Shown one piece after another: positions 39,496 to 50,430 of a DNA stretch of 64,000 nucleotides. The DNA is from Macrostomum lignano (Eukaryota). The number at the start of each line of letters is the position of its first letter. Position 1 is the first letter of the stretch. Location of the stretch: contig NIVC01002200.1 of the NCBI GenBank assembly GCA_002269645.1, positions 1 through 64,000 of the forward strand, given 5' to 3'. A model generated the notes under the pieces. The model was not told where the DNA came from, made no database searches, and saw only the letters and a program-made list of their open reading frames with translations. A program made the position numbers and the translations under genes.

Positions 39496-40101
39496 TCACA
39501 ATTGAGCCAGCCGCTCCTCCAATTCTCGTTCGCGTTGCAAGGAATCGGCCAGCCTAGCGGCCAATCGTTCCCTGGGTGGCGGCGCCTCGGCCAGAGGACA
39601 GCACACGGCGCCCAAATAGAGCTCCGTCCAGGGCGTCAACTCGGCCGGCCGGGTGTCGGCCAGCAGAACAGCCTGCGACACAGGCCGTCGCAGGTTGTAC
39701 AGGGGATTAATCAAATTGGATCGAATCGATGGCTGGTCGAAATGCGACCAGAGCGACACCGTGGACTCGGCGGCCTGCAGGCGCGCACGGCTGGCGCAAT
39801 CGTCAAATAAGAAGGTGCCATAGTTTGAGCAGTAGGCATTCTCAGCCAGGCTGATTAGCAGGTCTTCGCTGAACTCGAACGCGGCCGGATACTGACGGCA
39901 CAGGCAGCGGCAGCAGTCTAGGAAGAGCAGAAAGACTGGGGCAGACTCTGCTAGCTGTTGTTGTTGCAGCAATTGCTGCTGTTGCTGTTGCTGCTGTTGA
40001 GAGGACTGCTGCTGCTGCGGCTGGAGGCTGTAGAGAGCCGAGCGGGCGCAGCGGCGGTGGAACGGGTGGCTGAACTGCACGAATGCGCGGTCAATGACGG
40101 C
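39496..40101 (-). CDS. MTMR9: Myotubularin-related protein 9-like, exon 4
   Basis: gtcacag|AVIDRAFVQFSHPF...ESAPVFLLFLDC...FEFSE...AYCSNYGTFLFD...TVSLWS...NPLY, then a coiled-coil-like end and TGA. Confidence 0.92.
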   Translation of the reverse strand, partial: AVIDRAFVQFSHPFHRRCARSALYSLQPQQQQSSQQQQQQQQQLLQQQQLAESAPVFLLFLDCCRCLCRQYPAAFEFSEDLLISLAENAYCSNYGTFLFDDCASRARLQAAESTVSLWSHFDQPSIRSNLINPLYNLRRPVSQAVLLADTRPAELTPWTELYLGAVCCPLAEAPPPRERLAARLADSLQRERELEERLAQL

Positions 40102-40189
40102 CTGTGACGCGGCGGGCAGGGAAGCAAAGAGGGTTAAATTCTGAATAGAGTCACCGATTGTGCGCTTTTATAATGCACACACCTGAGGA

Positions 40190-40340
40190 ATGTGCTTTGC
40201 GATCAGGTGAGGGCTGAGTCTAAAATGGCCTGTGTGTACATTTGGGATGGGTGAGGTCTAGGTCTAAATGACCTGTGTGTACATTGGGGGATGGGTGAGG
40301 TCTGGGGCTAAATGACCTGTGTACACTGGGGGATTGGCGA
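40190..40340. repeat. About 43-bp tandem repeat in MTMR9 intron 3
   Basis: 3-4 units of tgtgtgtacattgggggatgggtgaggtct...aaatgacc. Confidence 0.8.
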
Positions 40341-40376
40341 GGCTTAAAAGCTTTCAAGCTGTCGCCAATAGCCTAC

Positions 40377-40777
40377 CAAGAAGCCGTCGAACTGCCTAGC
40401 CAGCGGGCACAGCATGACCTGCACCAGGGCGGCCAGCAGCAGGCTGTAGTCGCGGCCAGTTCGGCCGTGCAAAAACACGCAGGCAAATTCGCGAGCGGCC
40501 GGCCCGTCCAACAGGCCGGCCAGCTGGTTGGCAGCGTCAAGGGTTCGCTGCAACGCGTCCATCCAGTGCGGCGCGCCGCTGCTTGCAGATCCGGCGCCAC
40601 TGCCGCCTCCGCTGCTGGACTCGGACTTTTTGAATTGTCGCGGGAGCCCGGCGTCCAGCGATTCGGCGGCCAACGAACCGACGAGGCGGCAGAGAGAGGT
40701 CAGCAGATCGCCGACTGGGGGCAGGTCCAGGTAGCGGGCGCGCCACTGGTTGTAGTGCTGTGGCGGCTCGATGCCAC
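40377..40777 (-). CDS. MTMR9: MTMR9-like, exon 3 (inactive PTP loop)
   Basis: ctcctag|GT GGC ATC GAG...GGIEPPQHYNQWR...WMDALQRTL...VFLHGRTGRDYSLLLAALVQVML...FDGFL|gtaggc. Confidence 0.92.
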
Positions 40778-40985
40778 CTAGGAGAGGCATTGGCCAAGTG
40801 TTAGAGTATAATGTAATCAAGCACGATTTGTTTAACCTATTTATATTGGAAACAAAGGAGGCATTACAGCATCCATAACAGAACCAACGATACATTACAG
40901 CTTAAAGAGAGCAAATACAGGTAACTAAGGCAGCCAGCCAATAATCCCAGCCAAAGCACAGCCAGACGCAATCGCCCGGAATCAC

Positions 40986-41610
40986 CTTCAGCCTTAGCCG
41001 CCTTAGCTGATCTCGTGTCAACCAAACAGCCAAACAGGCGCTGTCCACCTGCTAGCCGGCAACTGATATCCAGAGCTGCGGCCAGAACGGCCAAATCGGC
41101 CGGGCACCGTTTGTTGTCATTGGCAACGCCGGCGCCAACCAATAAGAAACGCCGACTAGCCGGGTGCAGATAGGCCAGCACTGGCAGTCGGCCGCCAATC
41201 CGATGCTTGGCAGACTCGGCCAACTGACTGTCGGACACTCTGGCCGGCACAATTAGACTGTCCGGATATCCTGGGCACAATTTCTGACCGGCATTGGCTA
41301 GGCTAAGCCGCCAATCGGTCGGATCGCAAGTGTCCGGCAGGCTGCTAGGCCGATTTAAATTGTACTTTTCCCAACCGTTGGCACAGCCGGGCAGGCGGAA
41401 GACAAACTGAAAGCAGAGACGCTGTTCAACAGCTCGACGACTGGTGAGCAAGTCGGACAGGCTGCGCAGAGACTGATAGACATCTTGGCCGAGCTTGTCG
41501 CCTGGGATGGTCACCGCGTAGGCTGACAAAGTGCGACAGCGTAACAGCAGATGGGTATAGCAGCCTGACACTGAGCGATCGATGCCATCAAGATTGTCGT
41601 GACGGATCTC
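40986..41610 (-). CDS. MTMR9: MTMR9-like, exon 2 (PH-GRAM end, start of phosphatase domain)
   Basis: gagcag|EIRHDNLDGIDR...LLLRCR...WRLSLAN...LCPGYPDSLIVP...HRIGGRLPVLAYLHP...LVDTRS...AE G|gtgatt. Confidence 0.9.
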
Positions 41611-42079
41611 CTGCTCATGAGGAAAAAGTAAGGAACATTTTTATCCATTATTATTAATAGCCAGTCTTTTCAGACCGATTTCCCAGTTTTTTACATTGGA
41701 ATTCAGTTAATGATTTAGTAAGGATTAGGAAAATTTAGTTACACAAGTAAAATACACCGAAAACACACATGTATTTAGAAAGTTAGACATGAACTTTGTA
41801 CAGGTATGATCCCAAGTCCAGGTTTCTTACACTGATATACAAGTTATTTTATGTTTTTTGTGGCTTTTTTAGGTTTTTACCACAGATACTATATAACTAG
41901 ATAGGTCACTCCCTATCTCGATGTGGGGACCAAAAATGATACTACTCTTAGGACGGTAGTGTAAATGCAAATCATAAGAAACATTCTTATCAGTGACTAA
42001 AACGAAATCAATCGGAAAAGAAGTTTTCAACCATATGTACAATCTTCTAAAGTATACATTCCTGACTTTAGGCTAGGTC

Positions 42080-44560
42080 ATGGCCACGCAAACTTCTATA
42101 TTTAGCTCAAAAAGTGCTGTGCAGCCACTTGCACAAACACAACACAAGCATACACAGGTGATATTGGAACTCCAGTGCGAATGTACAGATTCCCTGCAGA
42201 TGACGCGGTGGCTACTCGATAGAAAGGAATTCTGGAGCTGGATTTAGAGCTTACAGCGATTCGAAAGCGCGAGTTGAAAGTCTGCAGTGCACATTTCGAC
42301 GATTCAGATTACAGCTGCCCCACACTGCGGCATGAGGCATCTACTCGATTGCTATGGAATGCAGTGCAGTACCAAACAAGCTGCTAGTACTGCCCCGGCT
42401 AAAGCTTGAAAGCGAGCTGGAGATAACAAGGACTGATGCAGACGCTGACAAACTATATCCGCCTGTTCTAACAAGGTGGGATGCTGAGGAGGACACTGCA
42501 GCTGCTCCAGGCACTTCGAAGCGGGCACCTGATGTGACAGCTACATGCATCAACAGAGATCGAGCGCTGCGACTGTGATTTTCGCTCCAATCCAGTCAAG
42601 TAAAAAAGCTGCAAAAGCAACTCTGCAACCATCAAGCGACGATAAATAAGCTTCAGCTTCATCTAGCACGAGCCCAGACACTATCATGGCATGCGATGGT
42701 CCAACCGAGACATATCATCGGTGATACAACTGCGGCACAAGAGTCCAGCTGCTTATTGATTGCTAAGAAGCAACTGGAATTTGACGATTCCGTCGGAATC
42801 TTTGATCAAGAGGCGGACTCGGCTGTTCTTCAGCACTACTGGTGTATGCAGCATGACCATGCGCTCCTTGTCTGAGAAAATACTACAGCACCTGACCATG
42901 AACGCATCGCTACACTGTTTTGATGGCATAAGTCTGTCTTCATCAATTCGATATGACCAGCACTGCGACGAGATTGTTTGCTTTGACCCTGCAACTAAGC
43001 AGACCAGAGGCAGTGGCAAGTGTTTTCCTCCAGTTGTGAACGAAGCTGTAGTTGGTGTACTGCAAGGTGTTAGACGAGACTGGAGACAAACTATTGCTTA
43101 TTATCCGGTTTACAGATCCCCAGTGTCAGGAAGGATTTGAAAACGCCATTAACGAGTGCTTGACAGCCAGTCATAATGCAGGAATTCGAGTTGTCACTAT
43201 TTTTGCAGATCAGGAAACAACACAGTGAGCATACTTATCAAAACAGTCCAGAAAGACCATTCCTGTGCCATCCAATTACAAAGGAAGCAGTTTACGTTTT
43301 CATTGATGTGCCCCATTGTCTAAAAAGTTTGAGAAACGCTCTCATCAAAAACAATATCGAATTTGATGGTTGTAAGGTGGCTCAGTGGCAACACATTGTC
43401 TGCTTCTATAATATAGACAGCAGTCTTCATCTGAAATTGGCAAACAAGTTAGATGACACCCATTTCAATTTGCAAATGGCCTAGAAGATGAAAGTCTTGT
43501 TGGCTGCTCAAGTTTTAAGCCACTCGAATGCCAGTAGGATTAAAATTCTTGTTCATCATCAAGAGATGCCTAAGTAAGCTCTACAGACAGCCGAGTTTGC
43601 TGATGAGGTTGACAGTGTATCCGACATGTTAAACTCCATTCATGTATTTGGCAAGGAATATAAGCAGCCCATCTCTAAGGAAAAATTCTATGACCAACTA
43701 GCAAGCCTACAGCAGTTTAGCAAGTTTGTCAAGAGCCGGATATTTCACCCTTTAGGCTGTCGTGCTGCAAAAATGACTACAAAATTCAAGGCCTGTGGCT
43801 GACTTCAATTGCATCAATCTCAAAACTGGCAGAATCTCTAATCCTAATGGATAGCTTTGACTATGTCTGTACTAGAAGACTGACTCAGGATCATGTGGAG
43901 GTGAGTATTTTTATAAGCTTTTCAAACTTCTTCATGGTATGACTTTGTAAGTCCAGCATTTTACTAAATTTATGTTTTACAAATATTAATAATAGACAAT
44001 AAACAATAGAACTACATAGAATCATTGCAAATAAATCTATTGCTGCTATTGCAAAAGTCAATCATTAAATTTAAACATTTTGAATTGTACAGTCATATAG
44101 TATTCATAATTGTAGCTGAATAACTTAAATTATTCAGAAATCAAAACTGAATAAAACTTGTTTTGTACTTTGTTTCATAATTTATATAGAACTTGTTCAG
44201 CCTGGTTTATGGACACAACAGATTTAACAACAAGCCAGAAGTCATAGCATTTTTAGCGCACTTCAATCAATTGCCGCAAGTGGATTGGTGCAATCAACTA
44301 CACAAGGTTGGAACTGCCAGAATGACAAGTGCATAGCTGCAATCGACACAGAAAACAAGAACCAGCTTGGAGCTGCTTTGAATGCAGATAATTCTGCTGA
44401 TAAGGTGCAGGAGCCCTTAACTCTTAGCTACTGTATAGCTTGTCAATGACTTCAATTATAAAAACAAGGGCCAAGCTTTGAGTTCACCCTAGAGCCAAAC
44501 TAGACAAGCCTCTGAAGTATGTAGCAGGTTTTGTTCTTGCAAAAAAAGGTTCTCAGTTAT
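42080..44560 (+). mobile_element. Decayed THAP-domain P-element-superfamily transposase with a retained intron
   Basis: THAP C2CH: CCAATC...YRFP...(W>TAG)...VCSAHF. Transposase motifs WRQTIAYY, DVPHCLKSLRN, KL...H...KMKVLLAAQVLS, TQDHVE|intron 43901-44189|NLFS...N.KP, GWNC, YVAGFV. Multiple stops and frameshifts; ends uncertain. Confidence 0.88.
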
Positions 44561-45648
44561 GCTGATTGCTGCTTTAAAGCTTTTCAATATGCAGTAAGAT
44601 TTTTGGGTAACTTCTAGCATATATAAAATCACCCTGACTTGGTCTATAATAAAGGGAATTATCACAGTCAGGAAAGTGATATGTCATGAAAAATTGTGGT
44701 ACACACAAAGGAATTTTTTGGTGCACACGGCACATAATGCGTGGCACTTAGGGTGTAGTCTCATGCAATAAAATCTTTTTTCACATAAAGTGTGACATAT
44801 AAATGTGTATTTGCTCTTTCTCAAATATTCAATTCAATTCAAATATTTTTCCAAATATACAAACAATATATATTGTACCAAAAGTTAAGTAGTTTATTAA
44901 TCATCATTTTCTAAATGTAAAAAAATTCAAAAATATATAAAATTCAAAATTCAAAAGAAGATTATTTAGACTTCTTTAAGTTTATGTTGATAAATTAGTT
45001 GCAATTTTAACAGGCATAATTTTGTCCCTATAGGGGTCTTTGATAGTGCTGATTTCAATTTTTTAGCTTCATTTTTTGGTAGCTTCAACCCAACTATATG
45101 TACCTTAAAACCAACCACTAGGGCATGGGGAATGGGGGGTTTTAGGGTGAGGAGATTTTTTATGGGATTGATTTTATGGATAAACTTGAATGGAGGCATG
45201 GAGACCTATTCAAGATAGTGTTGATAAATTCCAGACTCAATAGAAGGGTAGACCCTATTAAAAGATCAATGACCAAACACTGGGGCATGAAGAATGGGAT
45301 GGAGGTTTTTAGGATAGGGGATTCTTCATGGGGGTTGATTTTATCAACATAAACTTAAATAAAGGCATGGAGACCTATTCAAGATGGTGTTGATAAGTTC
45401 CATACTTGGGGGAGGGGGGAATGTAAACCCTAGGGCCTACCAAAAGGTCAATGACCAAATACTAGGGCATGGGAAATAGGGGGTTTATGGGTAGGGGATC
45501 CTTGATGGGGGTTACTTTTATCAACAAAAACTTGAATAGAGGCCTAGAGTCAGACCCATTCAAGGTGTTGATAAATTCCAGACTCAATAGAAGAAAGATC
45601 AATCTTTCTCCGAAATAGAAGGAAGAAAAAGGTCAATGATCAACTATA

Positions 45649-45897
45649 CATGCGCAACCCCGCTGATTTACACTGGCCATGCGACTTACTTTTTGACCAA
45701 AAATGCGACTTACCTGTGAAAGAAACCTTAATGCAATTTTGGTTAAATGGCAAGAGTAACTATGACTGCATTATAAGAGCTAAATGCCCTGTCATCTGAT
45801 TAGTACTACATCCATATTCTTTAGGCTGGGCATTTTTGCAACTTACCCCTGGTCCACCACAATTTACAGTGGCCAGATTGGCCAGCAGTTGCGCATG
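45649..45897. mobile_element. Nested ~250-bp MITE-like element carrying a 28S-like fragment
   Basis: ta|catgcgcaac ... gttgcgcatg|ta inverted ends with a possible TA TSD. Confidence 0.55.
45741..45804 (+). other. Degenerate 28S rRNA fragment (R2 target region), copy 1
   Basis: 49/64 ungapped identity to the conserved LSU sequence GGGTAAACGGCGGGAGTAACTATGACTCTCTTAAGGTAGCCAAATGCCTCGTCATCTAATTAGT (recalled, hand-aligned). Confidence 0.8.
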
Positions 45898-48308
45898 TAT
45901 GTGATCAAATATCTGGGCATAGAATGGGATAAGGGGTTTTTGGGTAGGGGATTCTTCATGAAAGTTGATTTAATCGATGCAAACTTGAATATTACAGACA
46001 TTTATAATATGATTAATTATTTATATCATTAATTCATTTGGCAAGGGATTAATGTTGACCACAATGGCAAAGATAGCAACAAATCAGAATGTATAAGATG
46101 TTTGTCAGCACATTGTAGATATGGCAAATTTAAAAAATAGGAAACTGTGATGTGGCAATTATTTGACATTATAACAAAACTCAATATCCAATTTGATAAA
46201 GTTATTTATATTCACTGTACATTATAATTGTAAAATGTTTAATATTACTTGTGATTTTTTAATTTTATATTCATAAACATTTTAACTTATTTTTGGTGAA
46301 ATCCAAAATTGGGGGCAAGTTTTATGAAAATTTGTTTTTTGGCAATTCGAAAGCAATAAAGCAATAAAATAAATTTATTCAAGTTTTTAAAACGTAAAAA
46401 AGTCTATTAAAGCACAAATTATTTTCGTATAGCTTTATTTTTTAATAAAATGATTTGTTAAAATGGTAAGTTTAATTACGACCTAAAATGAGTCTAATGA
46501 AAATGATAGAAAAGCTATAATAATGTATTTTATAACCTTTAACTATCTTATAATGTTACACTCTATAATTCTACAACATATTTAACATTATTTTCAAGGG
46601 TTTATTTGTTTATCACTTTTGTTACTCTTGACAACGTATATTTTGTAGAGTTTGTTTGCAATAAATTGTATGCAACGTAAGTTTATTATTTAAACATACA
46701 AATTCCTGTAAGGATCGGAAAATTGCATTTTACTCAGCTTCTACTAAAGCGATTTGGAAAATTCGTTTTTCCTGCATACACGCCGCGATGATACATGTTT
46801 TAGTGTAATTTCATTGTTTTTCATTGCTTAATGAGCATATAGTAAGCATCTGATTTGGAAGTTGGGTAACACATTGGAATTCCCATAAGGATTGGAAAAT
46901 TGCATTTTACTCAGCTTCTATTGAAGCGATTTGGAAAATTCTTTTTTTCCTGCATATACGCCACGATGATACATGTTTTAGTGTAATTTCATTGTTCTTC
47001 GTTGCTTAATGAGCATACAGTAAGCATCTGATTTGGATGCCGGGTTCACATTTTGTGATACCATTTTTTACCCAAAATTTTGAAGTCTAAATATAGGCAT
47101 ATTACAAATACTAATACTATGCAGTATGCAAGTTGATATTTAAATGAAAGAAAACAACTTAAAGATTATTTTGCAACAAGGAATTAGCAATATATATTTA
47201 CTTTTAGAGAAAGATGTTTGCTGGCAAACTTTGCACTTTATATTAGTATGAATTTTCGCGAGTTTATATGGTTTTAGAAAAACTTTGAAATCCTTAGAAA
47301 TACTTCATCTTTTTGAATTGAATAAAAAGTAAAACACAGATTACTTTCTGTTTTGTAAGTAGTAAAAAAATTAGCCTTCTCTAAGGCCTACAAGTCTTAA
47401 AATTAATTGTTTAATAATGAAAAAAAGTGAAATAAAAAATTGCAAATCGGTTAACTTGGACTTTCAAAATGCTTTTTTGTGGTTTTTTCTTATTTATTCA
47501 ACAATATAAAGCATGAAAACAATAGTTTTTATCCAGAACTATTTTCTAAAGACCTATCTATCTTTCAAAAACCTTTTTTAGATACATTACTTTCCATCGC
47601 ATGTCCGCAGATTTGTTTTACCATTTTATCCCACGTTTTTGGATTTCGCCTTTTGTTTCAAAAAATGTTCATTTTTAGATTCAAAATTCATTGAAACAAT
47701 TTTTATTGAATTCTCATTGACAATATAAAGGATTAATAAACTGAGGCCACATCACCACAGAATATAGTTTTTTGGTGATTTTTTTGCTTTTTTATCATTT
47801 TGGGCATCCCCTAAGTTTCTGGTGAAAATTTCAGAAAAATAAAAAAATTGGAAATATTTTATCAACATAAACTTGAAGAAGTCTGATTATTCATTGGATG
47901 TTAAGTCTACAACTGTGAACTGGCTGAATCGAAGTCTGAGGATGACATGGACATTTATTTTTTAGAATTGTGCTTTTTTGCTTTCTTTTATGTCTTTGAC
48001 TGATGCATTTTGCAAAACCTATAATTTGTTACATTGCTGTATAATAGCTTCTAGCTACTAGGCCTAATACAAGGTGCAAATTTCTTTTTCTTGGTGCACA
48101 TGCACTTTTTTACCTGGCCTACAGTGCACAGTTAAAAATTTGACTGGGGATTTGTTGTGGTGCACATGGTGCACCTTCTTGACCATGGGGAATTACCAAA
48201 TTACTATGAATTAGGAATGCTAGGATAACTTGTTACCTAAAAATTATTTTGGAGTTTAATTTTTCAAGACAGTATGACTTGAAAAGCAAGAGAATCAATT
48301 TTACTTAC

Positions 48309-48449
48309 GATTTGTCTTCCATCTGAAGTAAAAAACACAGAAAAATATGATGTCAGTGAAAGACATGCAGAAACTTGAGGAGGCGAACCAATCTTTAAAA
48401 TCGACACATTATCAACACGTGTAACTAAAACATGTTCTTGTAACTCCAT
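48309..48449 (-). CDS. MTMR9: MTMR9-like, exon 1
   Basis: MELQEHVLVTRVDNVSIL...ACLSLTSY resembles the MTMR9 N-terminus (MEFAELIKTPRVDNV...LCLTGH, recalled); ATC|gtaagt phase 0 joins exon 2. Four exons give 590 aa. Confidence 0.85.
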
Positions 48450-49486
48450 GTCAGATATCAATTGTTTTCAAGTTAAGTTAACAATAGTCTGATTGGACAT
48501 GTAGGCCTAACTAACTTGGTAAATTTACCGTGTCCGTGATCGAATTGCACAGCTCGTTTCCAGATATCTTTTCTGGAAAACACCCATCTTAAATAAGTTG
48601 ATGCATATTAACAAAAACTAATTCAGTACAGAAAACAATCAATAGTTGAATTTAATTAAATAGTTAAAGAATAATCTGTCATAAAATAAAAAATCACTTT
48701 TTATTTCATTTAGGACGTATTTTAATAGCGATAGGAATGAATGAACGGATCGTTTACGGTGTTGGTATTTTCGCGGCCCGGCCGGGCCAGATGCGACAAC
48801 ACTGTTTCGACCCCAAGGTGGAACAATTTATTTATTTAAGCCAGAAAGTGAAACTGATTTGGAAGATTATAAGTGTGATGGGTACCCATGGCAACACAAT
48901 GGAAGTGATAGACTTCCAAGGTAGACCTAAGTCAGATTCTAAATGAATTATTTAACTAGGCCTAATAATATTTTCTTGGCTTATTTGCCCCGCCCTAGGC
49001 CTAGGCTCAGCTCAGGCTGATAATACTTAAATAGGTTAGACAAGTAAGACTCTAGAACTAGGCCTTTGCTTGCTATGGGCAAACTAGTTTGCAGTTTTGG
49101 TAAACTTGATTAAAGTTTTCAGAGTCTAAAACTAGCTAGGCCTATGTCTATGGCCATAAATGAGTGGACTAGGTGGCTGCTGGCTAGGCCTAGAAAATAA
49201 AGTTAAGTGTAATTAAAAATATCAGTGATCAACACGTGCTCTGTACAGTTTATGAGAATGCTGTATGCAATTTTCAATATTGCTGTATGCAATTTTTAAT
49301 TTTGTGGTGTACAATTTTTAATATTGCTATGTAAAATTTTTAAGAATGTTGTGTGCAATTTTTTGAGAATGGTAGGCCTATATGCTAGCAAAATGGGCAA
49401 CTTTGGCCTCCCCGCTGCGTCTTTGGACTGCCCTGCAGCTAAGGCCTATGTGCAATTTTCAAGAATGCTCTGTGCATTTTAAAAAA

Positions 49487-50430
49487 GGCAGTGCTTATCC
49501 CCACAGTACCATAGGAATAATTTCTGTCTTATTCCAATGGTACCGTGCAAATAATTTTCTGCTTATCCACACGGCACACTGAGGAGATAGCTGCCCTATC
49601 TTCTACATATGCCGTGCAAATAATTTTCTGCTTATCCGCACAGCACACTGACGAGATAGCTGCCCTATCTTCTACATATGCCCCTATTGCAGCACATGGC
49701 TTAAGTACGCCAGATGCCTACACAACCTGCGCCATGCTGTGAAATGACTTACCTGTGAAAGAAACCCTATAGCAAAATTAACGCAGTTTTGGGTAAACGG
49801 CAGGAGTAACTATGACTGTCTTATCAAGACTAAATGCCTCAGCATCTAATTAGTACCACGCCGCGCCGTACTAATTGCCGCGCGCCATACGCGCTGCGCC
49901 GCGCCATATTAAATCCGCGCCGGACGCCGTCCGCCAAAATGCCCATGTGCTGCAATCAGGACATATGCCGTGTGGGAAGTTTAGTACATACGATTTGAGT
50001 GCAGTATAACAACTTTGTTGAATTATTGTTGAATAAGATACAGAAGGGTATCAGTAAAGCAGAATAACATGCATTTACACATGCATATACTAGTCTAGAA
50101 CTGATTCGAGTTTATACATCAAGATCAACAGCTTCTTATTATCCTCAGTTCAAATTCCTTTTCAATAAGCTATAAACTATTCACGCACAGCATATTTATG
50201 TAGCAGATAGGGCAGCTAGTAAAGCAGAAGGAATAAAATAGAGGACATGTAGGGCAGCTATCTCGTCAGTGTGCCGTGTGGATAAGCAGAAAATTATTCG
50301 CACGGCATATGTAGAAGATAGGGCAGCTATCTCCTCAGTGTGCCGTGCAGATAAGCAAAAAATTATTCGCACGGTACCGTTGGAATAAGACAGAAATTAT
50401 TCCTACGGTACCGTGGGGATAAGCACTGCC
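49487..50430. mobile_element. 944-bp foldback/MULE-like non-autonomous element with ~185-bp TIRs and 9-bp TSD
   Basis: ggcagtgcttatcccc... / ...ggggataagcactgcc; arms contain ~69-bp sub-repeats; tttaaaaaa at 49478-49486 and 50431-50439. Confidence 0.9.
49791..49854 (+). other. Degenerate 28S rRNA fragment (R2 target region), copy 2
   Basis: 53/64 ungapped identity to the recalled LSU sequence; 6 of 11 mismatches fall in the AGGTAG core. Confidence 0.85.

Larger units (their letters stand above)
44662..48188. mobile_element. 3.5-kb non-autonomous DNA element related by TIR to the 27-kb MITE
   Basis: Left tcacagtcaggaaagtg; right (rc) ccatggtcaagaaggtgc; flanking direct repeat ggaatta on both sides; subterminal gtgcaca-rich motifs as in the 27-kb MITE; internal ~150-175-bp duplications at 45.1-45.6 and 46.7-47.0 kb. 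Confidence 0.7.

Noticed and set aside
45741-49854. Functional rRNA gene
   Set aside because: Only 64-nt fragments with substitutions in invariant positions and no flanking rDNA; reported as captured fragments.
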